Source: Octopus sinensis (taxonomy: Eukaryota). From it: a DNA stretch of 64,000 nucleotides. The notes under the pieces were generated by a model, which saw nothing but the letters and a program-made list of their open reading frames with translations, had not been told where the DNA came from and searched no databases. This document shows, in pieces, positions 50,506 through 64,000 of the stretch. Location of the stretch: positions 49,848,001 to 49,912,000 of the forward strand of contig NC_043007.1 of NCBI RefSeq assembly GCF_006345805.1, written 5' to 3'. The position numbers and the translations under genes were made by a program. Position 1 is the stretch's first letter, and each line of letters begins with the position of its first letter.

Positions 50506-50720
50506 ATGTGTGTGTGTCTGTGTTTGTCCCCCTAGCATTGCTTGACAGCCGATGCTGGTGTGTTTAAGTCCCCGTCACTTAGCGGTTCGGCAAAAGTGAC
50601 CGATAGAATAAATACTGGGCTTACATAGAATAAGTCCCGGGGTCGATTTGCTCGACTAAAGGCGGTGCTCCAGCATGGCCGCAGTCAAATGACTGAAACA
50701 AGTAAAAAAGAGTAAAAAAG
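50305..50720 (+). mobile_element. tRNA-derived SINE with internal microsatellite, full length (dominant family)
   Basis: Head GAGTGGCTGTGTGGTAAG..GGTTCCGGTTTCAGTCCC, body, (TA)n(TG)n, tail ..GGCGGTGCTCCAGCATGGCCGCAGTCAAATGACTGAAACAAGTAAAA. Confidence 0.85.
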
Positions 50721-51406
50721 AGGATAAAATTTTTCGAAAAAAATTTATCAATGACCAGCATATTAAAAATACCTTTAAAGGTGAAATTTATAAATAACTT
50801 ACAAAATAAGAGCAAAGGAAAAGAAATTCTAACGCCAAATATGCCGAAAATAGACAAATTGTCAATAACCAATTATAATTTATCACTATTAACACGTGCT
50901 CAAAACAAGCCGATAGACATTTCTAAAAAATTCCGTTATTACGGAAATAACGGAATTTTTTTATAGAAATTTCTATATATATAGACGTATACCAATCACA
51001 TGTGCATATACACATATACACATATACATATATACATACACTATATATACATATACATACCTACATACTTATAGATATATTCATGCATATATACACAGAC
51101 ATATATACTATATATATATATATATATATATACACACAACTACATTGCCAACATATATATATATATAGATACACAAACATACATAACATTTCATCTTTTC
51201 GATTTATTGAGTGATACTACACAGATATATATTCTACTATATATATACATATGATACACACATACACACATATATATATATATATATAATTGTTTTGAGA
51301 AAGAATATGAATAATCATAAATTCTCTCACAAATTTAAGGTTTGCACTTAGAAGTGCTCAAGAGGAACTTGAGACAATATATATATATACATGTGTAGAT
51401 ATATAT

Positions 51407-51865
51407 GCTGCTCTGTCCAAGATAGTCGAGTCGATTTTAAAAGGACGGGTATTATTTTGTTTTCAGCAGACTTGTTTAGCGAGACTAGTTGCTGTCCTAT
51501 TTTCAGGATATCGAAATGGATTTCAATGGAAATATAGTCTTGCCTTAAAGGAATTTTCTATGGCTCCTATAATATGCCTGGTATATTTGTGAGCCATTTA
51601 TTTGCACTTTATGCTATACACTATTTCTTTCTCTAGACAATTTTCTTCCAACGGACAGCAACTTTGGTCTTTACGAATACAATCCTTATTGCTTCCGGCA
51701 CAGTGGTTATTCTAAATAGTTTTTGTGATGTGCTGGCTAATAAAAAGGCGAAGTTCTTGCAACAAGAATAGCTAACCGTCAGCGTTCTCCATTGAAATTC
51801 AATGTGAATTGCATTATAATATATTATACGTACAACCTATTTCTTGCTCCATTCTGAATCACAAA
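51407..51865 (-). mobile_element. Penelope-like (Neptune-type) GIY-YIG fragment
   Basis: TVSYSCCKN..., CCPLEENCLEKEIVYSIKV, IGAIENSFKARLYFH, TATSLAK..ILDRA resemble the PLE consensus K.SYSC, CPL...CL...IVY, YIG.TE..FK.RY..H. Confidence 0.7.
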
Positions 51866-52911
51866 TGTCCAACAAACGTGAACGTGAAACTCTGAGTAGC
51901 AGGTTTTTGTGATATTTTTGCAGCTTTAATAATAAAGCATATTACTCTACCTCCGGTATCCGAGTACTATTTTTCCCAGCTTGTATATATATATATATAT
52001 ATATGTAAGTTCTTGTGCGTGTGTTTGTCTCATCACATACACCTTTACGACCATGTCGGTTTCTTTACGTCTCTCTAACTTGGCAATTAGACAAAAAAGA
52101 ACAATAGAACATGTACCAGGCTTTGAAAAAGCCTGGTACATGTTCGATCAAATCCATCAATGTGTTGGTGCAGCATGGCTACAGTCCAATGACTGAAACA
52201 ACCAAAGCATAAAAAATACTCACATATGCTTATGTATGTATGTATGTATATATGTATGTATGTATGCATGTATGTATGTATGCATGAATGTATGTATCTA
52301 TGTATGCATGTATGTATGTATGTATGTATCTATCTATCTAGTTAATGAGTCGGTCGAAACCGACGGAAGATCCATTAATATATATCATGATGTTAATATG
52401 CATGGAAAATTAATATATAAACAGTTACATACACTACATTAACAGTAGATCATAGATTTATTGGGAGGGCTATTTTAAACTGAACTGACTTAAAGATACT
52501 GTCTGATACTTGTATCGATTTTCCAGTAAAAAGAATATCAGAAGTTGGACTTGAGGTGACTTAAACAGAGACAAAATGGAATTAAATATGATCAAGAATG
52601 GTGGCTGAAACCGTTTATAGACGGCATCTAATATTAGCGATTAACAGCTTACATATCAATATTTGTTATATATGCGTGTGTATGTGTGTGTGTGTACACA
52701 CATACACTACACATATGTATGTTTGTACCTATGTATGTATATATGTAAATATACATATATATATACATATATACATATGTATGTATAATATATAATGTAT
52801 ATATATATATATTATAAACATACATATAAGTGTGTGTGTGATCATTTTTATCGTTACCATTAATTCCTATTAATCATTTTTAATAATGTTGGAAAACATA
52901 ACTTGTTATCG

Positions 52912-52964
<53 letters not shown>

Positions 52965-53290
52965 TACTATTATTACTATTGTTATTACTATTGAATATTG
53001 TGTTGTGTTTGAGGAACGCAGATGCCCCGTGAACTTGTTAATTTAAAATATTCTATCATTTAAAAATCTCAAAGTTAATTTAGATGACTGAGTTATAAAA
53101 TAACAAAGGCTAGATGAGAGATGGAAGAAGAAAATCAATTCAAGATTCCTCCAGATAAGGCGAATTACTATCTTAATCAGGCTATAATCGATGTGATACT
53201 GCGTACTTCTACGCGTGTATTTTCGCTTGAATGCTTGCATCAATACATTATACATGCGCGCGTGTATGTGTGTATGTGTGGGTATATATA

Positions 53291-53326
<36 letters not shown>

Positions 53327-53432
53327 TATATATGTACACAAATATGCACTTGCATATATATACACTCACACACAATATATGCATAAATATATATTGGGAT
53401 CTATATGAATGTCGATTTATATGTATACATAC

Positions 53433-53465
<33 letters not shown>

Positions 53466-53888
53466 TGTATGTATGTATGTATGTATGTGCGTGTGTGTGT
53501 GTGTGTAATCTGTGTCATTTTGCGCATGTCTTCATGCCTGTATGTGAGAGTGTATATATGTATATTTATATATTTATATATGTAATACATGTTCAAACAT
53601 TTGTGTGTATTTATGCGCGTGTGTGTGTGATGTAGTGTATGTACAAGAGAGTTACGATGCGGTCCCCTTTCTATTTAATTTCATGTGTAAGATTCTTTGA
53701 TAAAAATGGCCCTTTTTATTTTATTTTGAAAGCCTCAGAGTAATAATTGCATCTTTAATCTTCATTTCAATCACAGCATTTTTTTTTATTTCACTTTATA
53801 ATTTATTGATCTCATCAATGGCTATTCAACTTTTCAAATCAGTCTATTATTATTTTATGTGTGTGTGTATATACATACATATGTATGA

Positions 53889-53937
<49 letters not shown>

Positions 53938-54045
53938 ACCATATACTATAATTATTTCTTTGTACGGGTAGGAAAATTTCAATTATAAATATTATATATA
54001 TGCATACCCTTGCTGAATTTTCCTGCTCTCTAGGTATATGTACAT

Positions 54046-54140
<95 letters not shown>

Positions 54141-54206
54141 CAGCTTACATTGAAATTCAACTAACAAAGTTTGCTTGAGAAGCGTTGAGATGTATTAAAG
54201 ATACTG

Positions 54207-54625
54207 ATAAGGAAACAATTTATTCTCAAACGCAGGATGATGCTAATAATATAGCATGAACAGGATAAACTATCCATATTTTGCAAAAGCATCTGACGGC
54301 GGCCAGCCGTGAGACTCGAATTTGCATCCCTGTGATTACAGGTCTCGTGCTTTACCAATAAGCTTAAGTGACCCACCAACAAATTCGTCTGCAAATTTAG
54401 GGTATATAAATTTAGGGTATATAAATTTAGGGTATATAAAGCTAGATTTAAACATCGTAAATTTGTTGACGAATTTGTCGCTGGGTCAGTCTAGCTCAAT
54501 GGTTAAAGTTCGAGTCTCATGGCTGGCCGCCGACAGATTTTTTTCTGCAAAATATGGATAGTTTATCTTGTTCATGCTATAGTATAAGCATTATCCTACT
54601 TTTAAGAATAAAATTATTTCCTTAT
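54207..54625. mobile_element. Palindromic MITE-like element with tRNA-like inner arms and central 3x15-bp tandem
   Basis: 54207-54399 approximates the reverse complement of 54458-54625; A-box TAGCTCAATGG and B-box GTTCGAGTC in the right arm; (AAATTTAGGGTATAT)3 at 54393-54437. Confidence 0.75.
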
Positions 54626-54666
<41 letters not shown>

Positions 54667-54786
54667 TGGCCTGCTCGCTAAGCCAGCGGGGTGGCGTCAT
54701 TTGAGGGCTAAAACAATGCAAAGTGCATTGTGACCAGCGATGTATAACAACATCTGATAGCCTGGTCGGTCACGGTGATCACGGTG

Positions 54787-54829
<43 letters not shown>

Positions 54830-54832
<3 letters not shown>

Positions 54833-55205
54833 AGGTGCAGGAGTGGCTGTGTGGTGAGTAGCTTCATTACCAACCATATGGTTCGGATTCAGTCCCACTG
54901 CGTTGCACCTTGTGCAAGTGTCTTCTACTATAGACACGGGCCGACCAAAGCCTTGTGAGTGAATTTGGTAGACGGAAACTGAAAGAAGCTCGTCGTATGT
55001 ATGTTTTTGTGTCTGTGTTTGTCTTTTCAACATCGCTTGACAACCGATGCTGGTGTGTTTACACCCCCATAACATAGCGGTTTGACAAACAGGCCGATAG
55101 GATGAGTACTAGGCTTACAAAGAATAAGTCCTGGGTCGATTTGCTTGACTAAAGGCGGTGCTCCAGCATGGCCGCAGAGAAATGACTTAAACAAGTAAAA
55201 GATTA
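54830..55205 (+). mobile_element. Full-length copy of the dominant SINE
   Basis: Same motifs; further tail fragments at about 55215-55290 (-) and 55430-55620 (+). Confidence 0.85.
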
Positions 55206-55338
55206 AAACAATATTCTTTCATTCGTTTCAGTCATTTGACTGCGGCCATGCTGGATCACCGCCTTTAGTCGTACACATCGACCTCAGGAAGCTAAAAGAA
55301 GCCCGTTACACACACACCACATACACACAGATATATAT

Positions 55339-55399
<61 letters not shown>

Positions 55400-56699
55400 G
55401 TATGTATGATGTATGTATGTATATTTGTGGGTCTGTGTTCGTCCCGTCACAATCACTTGATGTTGGGGTGTTTACTTCTCCTATCTAGCGGTTCGTCAAA
55501 AGAAACCGATAGAACAATTACTAGGTTTACAAAGAATAAGTCCTGGTGTTGATTTGTTCGATTAAAGGCGGTGCTCCAGCATGACTGTAGTCAAAAGACT
55601 GAAACAAGTAAAAGAATAATATGTGTATATGTGGAGGTGTGCGTTTGTATGTGTGTATGTTGTGTGTGCGTGTGTATGTGTGTATATGTGTATATGGGTG
55701 TGTGTGCGTGCATGTATTTATGTACGTGTGTGTTTGTATGTGTGAGTGCGTGTGCCGGTGTGTGTGTGTATGTTTGTGTGTGCGTAGATTAATGTCAATT
55801 TAGAATAGAACGTTACCAGAATCATTACAGAATTTAGTTTTAACGCAGAATCAAAGAACTTCTTTGATGAAATATGAAATTAAAAGACCAGAGTCAAAAT
55901 CTCTTGGACAGATAAGATACGCCGATCTACTCCATCGATGAGCTTCTTATCATATATCAATCTATTTATTTGCTATTAAAAAAGAACAACTTATTTTCAT
56001 TGATTTTGTCATGTTGTAAACGCCTCCGACCTAATCTTTCAAATCTCGAATATAAATGACTCGTTTAAAAATGCAAAAGTGCTTACGGATTATGATTCAA
56101 TAAATCTGTGTTTCTCTACATCAGTGCTGGCTTGAGTGTGACTCAGTTCAGTTTTCGTTTGTAATAATGCAAATGTTCCGTGGTTTGTGACTGTTTATGT
56201 GGTTTGTATATGTGGTTCGGTTTCGTGTCATTATGCTGTATACGCCTCAGTATGTAAGTGTATGAAGTTGTGGATGTCTGTGGCCTGAAATATGATGCAT
56301 GTGTCAATATTTTGTGGTTAAAAACGTGTGAATAATGCATTTGTACACACACACATACGCATGCACGCACACACACATACACGTACATATTCACATGTAT
56401 ATGTGCATGAGTTGTTATATAGATATTATAGATATGAATGCATATGAGTGTGTGTATGTGTATGTTTGCTTTTCTGCGTATATGCTTGTATGTATGTATG
56501 CGTATGAGGGTACGTATGAATCGTATATAAAATGTTTAATAAACGTATATTAACTCTCACTGAACAAGTTGCAGGATCTTCGCTACCAAAGTTGGTGGAT
56601 CGGGTTTTTTCGAGACTTGTGATGCTTACTTTTCCACCACCCAACAAGCAAAAACTTTATTAATTTCTGCAATGAACAGAAGACCTTAACATAATGCAC

Positions 56700-56930
56700 A
56701 TGAAGCTGGCAGAATACACATGAAGGTGGCAGAATCGTTAGCACGCCAGGTAAAATCCTTAGCGACATTTCGTTCATTTTTACATACTGAGTTCAAATTT
56801 CGCCGAGGTAACCTTATCTTCCATCTTATCGAGGTCGACAAAATAAGCACCAGTTGAACACTGGGATGGATCTAATCGAGTAATACCCACCACCGAAACT
56901 GCTGGCCTCTTTCCAAAATTTGAAATCAAT
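56700..56930 (+). mobile_element. Copy of the second SINE family
   Basis: GGCAGAATCGTTAGCACGCC..GAGTTCAAATTTCGCCGAGG..GTCGACAAAATAAGCACCAGTTG. Confidence 0.7.
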
Positions 56931-57379
56931 ATAACATAATACAATATGGTGGGTCCCGGACGTTCGATGGGATGGACGCTGTTGTTTGATCAAATGAATT
57001 TTCACACTTCTGAATTAACGTTAAAGGGGTTGACAATTGTATCTTCAAAGCAATTCTCTTTGCTTTTTGAATTACAAGTACAATCCACTTGAAGGGCTTC
57101 TATACAGTTTCCGATGACCAATATTTTATAATTTATAGTATATTAATATATATATTGTTTTATATTCTATTTTGTAATATATTATAGTAACTTATATTCT
57201 ATTCTAAATTATATTATTTCCTATTATATTATAGTATTTTATATTGTATTATTTTCTACTATATCAAATTATATTATAATAAAGTATAATATAATACATC
57301 ATATCATATATTATAAATATTTTAATTGACGCAGTATTGCTCGGTTGATTGTACAATTAATATCATACAATAATGTTAG

Positions 57380-57595
57380 GGAGCGATCTGGTAGAATCGT
57401 TACTGCACCGATCGAAATGCTTAGCAGCATTTCTTCTGACTATGCGTTCTGAGTTCAAATGACACCCACGTCAACTTTGCCTTCCAACCTGTCGGGGTCG
57501 ATAAAGTAACTACCATTTTGAGTTCTAGGGTTGGTGTAACGAATTTATTCCTTACCCCGTTATGGCTTGCCTGGTACCAAAATTTGAAAATAATA
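57380..57595 (+). mobile_element. Copy of the second SINE family
   Basis: GTAGAATCGTTAC..GAGTTCAAAT..GTCAACTTTGCCTTCC..GGGGTCGATAAAGT. Confidence 0.7.
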
Positions 57596-57971
57596 ATATT
57601 ATCATGGTCCTGTTTGTCAGGCGTGCGTATTTCAGAGGGCGTGTTTTACCACATGCATTTTTTTCACATTCTAGTATGTGGACTGCCTCGAGTGTCTGTT
57701 GAAGTAACAGAATGTGTAGGTGTGCAGACAGCATACTTTATCAATCCGTCATGTTTCTCAGTGGTGATTTGGAAGGTTCAAATGTTAACCTTTCTTTTAT
57801 TTTTATTTGCGAATATATATATATATATTATATATATATATTTATATGTATATGTATAAATATATATATTTATATATATATATATGTATATATATGTATA
57901 AATATATATATTTATATTATATATATATATGTATATATATGTATATATATATATATATGTATAGAATATAT

Positions 57972-58006
<35 letters not shown>

Positions 58007-59595
58007 GTATTCATACGTATGTATGTGAGTGTATATATGTATACATGTGTGCGTTGTGTGTATATTTCAGTATCTATGTTATTATAATTAGAATACACAG
58101 AGAGAAAATAATTATATAATAAACATCTAATTAAAATTGATATACACACACATAAACATATAAACATGTGTGTGTGTGTGTGTGTGAGATAGATAGAGAG
58201 AGAGAGAGAGAGTATAAATATATATATATTTGTATATATATATGTATATATATATACATACGTATATATATAATATATATATATATACATACGTATATAT
58301 ATATATTTTTTTTGTATGTATGTGTGTGTATGTATGTATGTATAAATGTATGTAGGTAGATATGTGTGAGTATATATATTGTATGTAAGTATAGTCCTTT
58401 TTAATTCATAGTAATAAAAGAAGAAAATGAAAAAGATGACGAAAAGTAATAGAACAAAAATAAATCAAGATAAAAAAGAAGAATAGAGATAAAGAAGAAA
58501 ATACGGAACGAAATGGTTGTCGCGCTCAGTGACACGTGAAAAGCTGGACTTTAATAAATCTTTCTTGCACTGGATGCCAAAAAGCGTAACCGTAGGCCGA
58601 TCCGAGCGAAATTTATGCGAGTTTTTCGAACGACAGAAGACTGACGCAGCACAGCGGGGTTCCTGCTGTCAGGCAGCGTCTTGGCAATGAAAGTGCTCAC
58701 CCGTGACTTGTAGGCTTCTTTTGTTAGAGTACGTATATAAATTATCTCCCTTGGCGTCACTCCGACATTTTACTGTGGCTGCTTGGGCTGGTAAAGACGG
58801 ACGCAGCCATATTTTTAGTGCAGCCGAACGTTTTCAAATGATACTTGATCGAAATGGCTGTCCAATGACTAAGTGAATGAATGTTTAACTGTCCTGACCC
58901 CCTACATGGGTACCATTGCTACCCTATTTTAGTCACATTTCACGCCTATGACACTTTATGTCCGTTTCAGTCATCTGCATTATGTACTTGTAATGTAATA
59001 TCGACGTTGTTGAATTTTCTCTCCTTTTTTTATTGTTTTATTTTTATTGATGGAAATGGCGGTGGGGTCGTGGTTATTTATTATTTTCCTTTTCTTTTCC
59101 TATTTTCTCGTGATTTAAAAAAAAATTCTGTAAGTTATTTTATGTGCGGATATGTGTGAGTGTGTGTGATTGTGTGTGAGCGTGTCTATGAGAATATGCG
59201 ATTAGCATGTATATATCTGCATATGTATGTGACTCTGTGTGTGCGTGCGCGCGCTATGTGTATGTGGATGTCTGTATCACTGTCAGTTGTGTATGTGTTT
59301 ATGTTAAGAATATATATAAAGAAGCAAATAAAAAATGAAAGGTCTCTCCATTCATCTCTCTGTTGCATCTATATATGTATATATATATGTATGTGTATAT
59401 ACGCACATACATGTTGATCGTGTGCATACACGTAAGTATGGTAGCTATAGCTACTAGGAAGCGCATAAATATACATACACAGAAACAAAGACACAGAAGA
59501 AGAAAAAATGTGAGAAACAGAAATGAGAAACAGAGAAGGAAAGTGGGAGAGGGAGTTTGAGTGTGTGTGTATTTATGAGTGTGTGTATGTATGTG

Positions 59596-59639
<44 letters not shown>

Positions 59640-59816
59640 TGAGTTCAGGTTCACACGTCTATCGAATACTTGATAAAAATGACTTAAATTATATATGGCA
59701 AAACCCCCTAGGGTAAACTGCAGTAATATATTATAGTATATAATTATATGTGTAAACACGTATACATAGGCAGAGGTAAAACATTAACAGTAGATGGGTG
59801 TGTGTGTATATGTATG

Positions 59817-59873
<57 letters not shown>

Positions 59874-60080
59874 TCTATATATATTATATATGTGTGTGTG
59901 TATGTATGTATATATATATATATATACATATATGTACGATATCTATATATATATATACATATGTATGTATATGTATATATATGTGTACATTTATATGTAT
60001 ATATATATGTATATATACATTGTATGTATATATGTAATATAGATATATATATATATATGTGTGTATGTATGTATATAATA

Positions 60081-60125
<45 letters not shown>

Positions 60126-61895
60126 ATATATCTATATATATATATGTATATGTATATATATAGATGTGTTGATTATATATGTATACTATATGTATTATGT
60201 GGGTTGCGTGTGTGTAGAGAGAGAGAGGGAAAAAGAGAGAGAGAGACAGACAGACAGACCGAGACAGAGACATACGCATACAGAGGTATATGTGTGGCTC
60301 TGTATTTTATGACCTACATTTGGAGTCTTACCACTGACATTTTTCTGTTAGAAGGAATTAAATGAGAAGCTCGGTCCTTATAATATTATTGCAAACTGAG
60401 AAAGAGAGAGAGAAAGAGAGAGAGGAGGGAGAAGGAGAGAAAGATAGAAGTAAAGGAAGAACAAGCGGTAGAAGAGCGAGAATGTGTAGGAACGAAAAGT
60501 ATACAAGTAACAATATTATCTTATGTTTGATGATTGAGTTAATTGTGTAGTCTATGTATATAGAAGATGCAAAATATGACTCCCCTCCACGTCTTCTTAC
60601 ACTCTTTCTGTAGAGACTTTCAGTTCTGACCCACGGCTACGAAACACATATAAACTGTATGGACCAGGAATCGAGCTCCCAGACAACCATATTATAACGA
60701 ATTATATATTCCAATTCGGAAAGAACCGATGATGGAGACTCAGTCTGCTCTATTAACAGCTTAATGTCTTTCAAATCCGTCGATACGGTCTTCAAAATGG
60801 GTGGATATATTTGATAATATTATCCTAACAGATAGTATATGGTTGAATATATGACAAGATGGTCACTACTTTGATGCAGTCTATCATAGACCAATTTCAT
60901 CAATGACGTTTGGGTGCTAAACAACAATAACACAGGTGGCCTTATTTTGGATGTGGTCTGCAATGTCTGTGTGTAAAGAATAGCAACGTACAAGATATGA
61001 ATACAATAGATTGTAGGTCTATGATATTTGTCTGTGCAGCGACAGCAGCGCTATCTCAGATGTAAGAACAGTATTTGATAGTTGGTTCCTTCTAGTGATG
61101 GAAACATTACCTCTCTATGAATGTCAAATTAAGTTTGGTTAAAGATCATTAGAAGCTGTTGTTGGCTGTAATCGTTTCTAGTCTTGAAGAGAAATACCTT
61201 TCTATTTAGTGCAGTCTTTACTATGTTAAGGATCTTAAGGCCTTGCTTTTGAAGTGGGTGAATGAGCTGATATATAGTTTTCTTGATAACCACATCCAGG
61301 GCCGTATTATCAAAAGTGTCATTCTTTTACAAGATAGTTGCGTTGTTTTCCAGCAGATTTACCTATTATTCCTAGCGGGTCGAACGAACAAAACATAGCC
61401 TCCTTGTTTTCTGCTGCTCCTCAAGTTATGTCTTGTTGCTGTTTAATCCCTTATCAACACTGAAATATCAGACAAAAGATTTCTCAGCCGTTACCTCACG
61501 ACATTTTAGTGACACTTAGGGCTCTATTATTTTGTTTGTCCTTTATATTTTGTATTGTGGGTTGTTATGTGTTAGAGATCGTGATTGTGTAGCTGCTTCT
61601 CTATTAGCTCGGAAACCGATGAAAAGGCGCCGTGGATAAAGCCAAAAGAGATAAGATTGTGACCCAAACGCAATGAAATGCTTTCCTGTTTTGAGTCCTA
61701 GCTCTGACTCTGAGCATAGCTGAATTGTCAGTAAAATGATGATTGTTGTTTATTGACTCTATGTATGACATTAGTCAAAAATGTCAAAAAACAAGGTGGA
61801 CATCAATACCTACATAAAAAGTTTCCCAACGACATTCAAGATGGCGGTTTATGTGATTTATATCGCCTCAATGGATGACAATGTTTTTAATGAAA

Positions 61896-61995
61896 NNNNN
61901 NNNNNNNNNNNNNNNNNNNNNNNNNNNNNNNNNNNNNNNNNNNNNNNNNNNNNNNNNNNNNNNNNNNNNNNNNNNNNNNNNNNNNNNNNNNNNNN
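61896..61995. other. Assembly gap (100 N)
   Basis: Run of N; adjacency across it is unverified. Confidence 1.
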
Positions 61996-62464
61996 GGTAA
62001 AAACAAGGAAAAAATGTGACAAAAAAGGACGTAAAAAAATACAATTAAAAACATATAAAATAAGATACATTACAAAAAATAGAGTAACAAAGAAGGAATA
62101 GAAACAGGACAGGAAAACAATAAAGAGGGCCTATAAGCCTAGACGAAAAAACAATAAAAATATTTTTTCGCGAGCGCAGGAAGAAACATGTTTACTTGAA
62201 CAAGGCAGCCGTCGAAAGGAAGTTCGTAGACCAGGCTGTGAGAGAGATGAGGAGGAGTGAGAGAGAGAGAGAGATAGAGAGGAAGGAAGCCCAAGAGGGT
62301 GAAAAAAAGAGAGAAGAGGGAGTTATAGGGTTTCGCGTCATAATTATATATAAAAACTAGCTTAGAGAAGAAGGAGAGACGAAACGAAACCAAACGAATC
62401 GAATCGAACCGACGCGAAGGCGCTCAGTCATACAATAGTGTAATAAATAAAATATATGCATACA

Positions 62465-62885
62465 TACAAACATATGTATATTTTACCTGTTTCAGTCATT
62501 TGACTGCGGCCATGCTGGAGCACCGCCTTTAGTCGAGCAAATCGACCCCAGGACTTATTCTTTGTAAGCCCAGTACTTATTCTATCGGTCACTTTTGCCG
62601 AACCGCTAAGAGACGGGGACGTAAACACACCAGCATCGGTTGTCAAGCAATGCTAGAGGGACAAACACATACACACAAACACAAACACACACACACATAC
62701 ATATATATATATACATATATACGACAGGCTTCTTTCAGTTTCCGATTACCAAATCCACTCACAAGGCATTGGTCGGCCCGGGGCTATAGCAGAAGACATT
62801 GCCCAAAAATGCCACGCAGTGGACTGAACCCGGAACCATGTGGCTGGTTAGCAAGCTACTTACCACCACACCCCACTCCTGCGCC
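62465..62885 (-). mobile_element. Full-length copy of the dominant SINE
   Basis: Same motifs, reverse strand. Confidence 0.85.
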
Positions 62886-62910
62886 TATATATATATATAT
62901 ATATTTATAT

Positions 62911-62955
<45 letters not shown>

Positions 62956-63353
62956 TATATTATATTATATTATAGTATAATAGTATAGTATATTATATTA
63001 AATTACATTATATTAAATTACTTTATATTATATTAATGACAATAAGAATTCTTGAAAGAAGCAGGTACATGAATGATATGCACCGGGTAGTGTTGAGTTG
63101 ACCTGTGATCACCACTTTTAGTCGAATAAATATCCTGTAAAATATTTAGTTTTTGCACACAGAGAAAAATCCACCTCTACGAGTATCTAGCGTGTTGATC
63201 AGACGTTGTTTGGTATACTCTAGGATGTCCGACATGTCGTGAATCCTTTTGCTGTATTATGAGCAAATGAATAATAACATATGATGGATAAATGTCTGTA
63301 ATGGCATCGGCTGTTATTACTCATTTGTTTGTTTGTATGTGTGTGTGTGTGTA

Positions 63354-63436
<83 letters not shown>

Positions 63437-64000
63437 TTAAAGAGAGATAGAGAGCGAGAGATAAATAGATACACACACACGCACACATAAGAGTTTGATT
63501 CGGTCCCATGCAACTTAATACTTTTTGAGTTCGACAAACGAATCCATCTCGCTTACCTAATTCTGATGAGGTATGTTCGCTTGACGTCTACGAATTTTAC
63601 TTGCACGGAACCGAGTTAAACTGTTATTATGTATATAAATATATAAAATACATATGCATACACACATAAAATTTCCAGTACGCTTTAAAAATTGTACACC
63701 ATCGTCACATTACCAACCAGAGAGAAATATTAAGTCATGTAATTAATAACTTGCTATTTCGTCAACTCCGTGGTCAGGATTCATCAGATTGTCCTTGACC
63801 ACAAAAAAACTGTAAGAACCACTTCTTCATGTGGAATGTAACTGTAAAACGTCGAGTATCCGCTAAGGCGCAATATAGTTTTAACTAGAGTACAGATACA
63901 GTATACTGAAAGTTAACTGCGGCAACAAATTACAATTATACGTTTAATAGACATCAGTTTAGGCTCACTGTGAGAATAAATAAATCACTTAGTTAATCCT

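Noticed and set aside
50751-50966. 71-aa ORF ending in a short palindrome
   Set aside because: AT-rich, no recognisable motif; likely transposon-end sequence.
54393-54437. Three 15-bp direct repeats as a CRISPR-like or telomeric array
   Set aside because: No spacers, eukaryotic context; simple tandem core of the palindromic element.
63545-63600. CTGATGA followed by GAAT
   Set aside because: No consistent stem II or III and no GAAA; chance heptamer.
63825-63850. TGGAATGTAA matching the start of miR-1
   Set aside because: Only 10 nt match and no precursor hairpin.

Overview
Repeat-saturated animal genomic DNA with no recognisable host protein-coding exon. The SINE families and extreme (TA)n/(CA)n/(TATG)n/(TAA)n microsatellite load point to an octopus or another coleoid cephalopod (inference). 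Most of the ORF track is microsatellite artefact. Real coding remnants are all decayed mobile elements: a near full-length R4/Dong-type LINE (24321-28048, -) nested in a Penelope-like element (PLE) bounded by a 13-bp target-site duplication; an older R4/Dong copy (about 8830-10898, +) followed by a Chapaev-like DNA transposon piece and a Tx1/L1 LINE; a Penelope RT+GIY-YIG element with ~340-bp inverted termini (32946-36534); three more PLE GIY-YIG fragments; and Tc1 fragments. Non-coding highlights are several hammerhead-ribozyme-like motifs tied to PLE ends, partial-tandem non-coding elements in (TA)n, a palindromic element built from two outward-facing tRNA-like heads, a 5S rRNA pseudogene, a tRNA-like cloverleaf with a T-run terminator, and several long palindromes. 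There is one 100-N assembly gap. All family assignments come from motifs read by eye; no searches were run.
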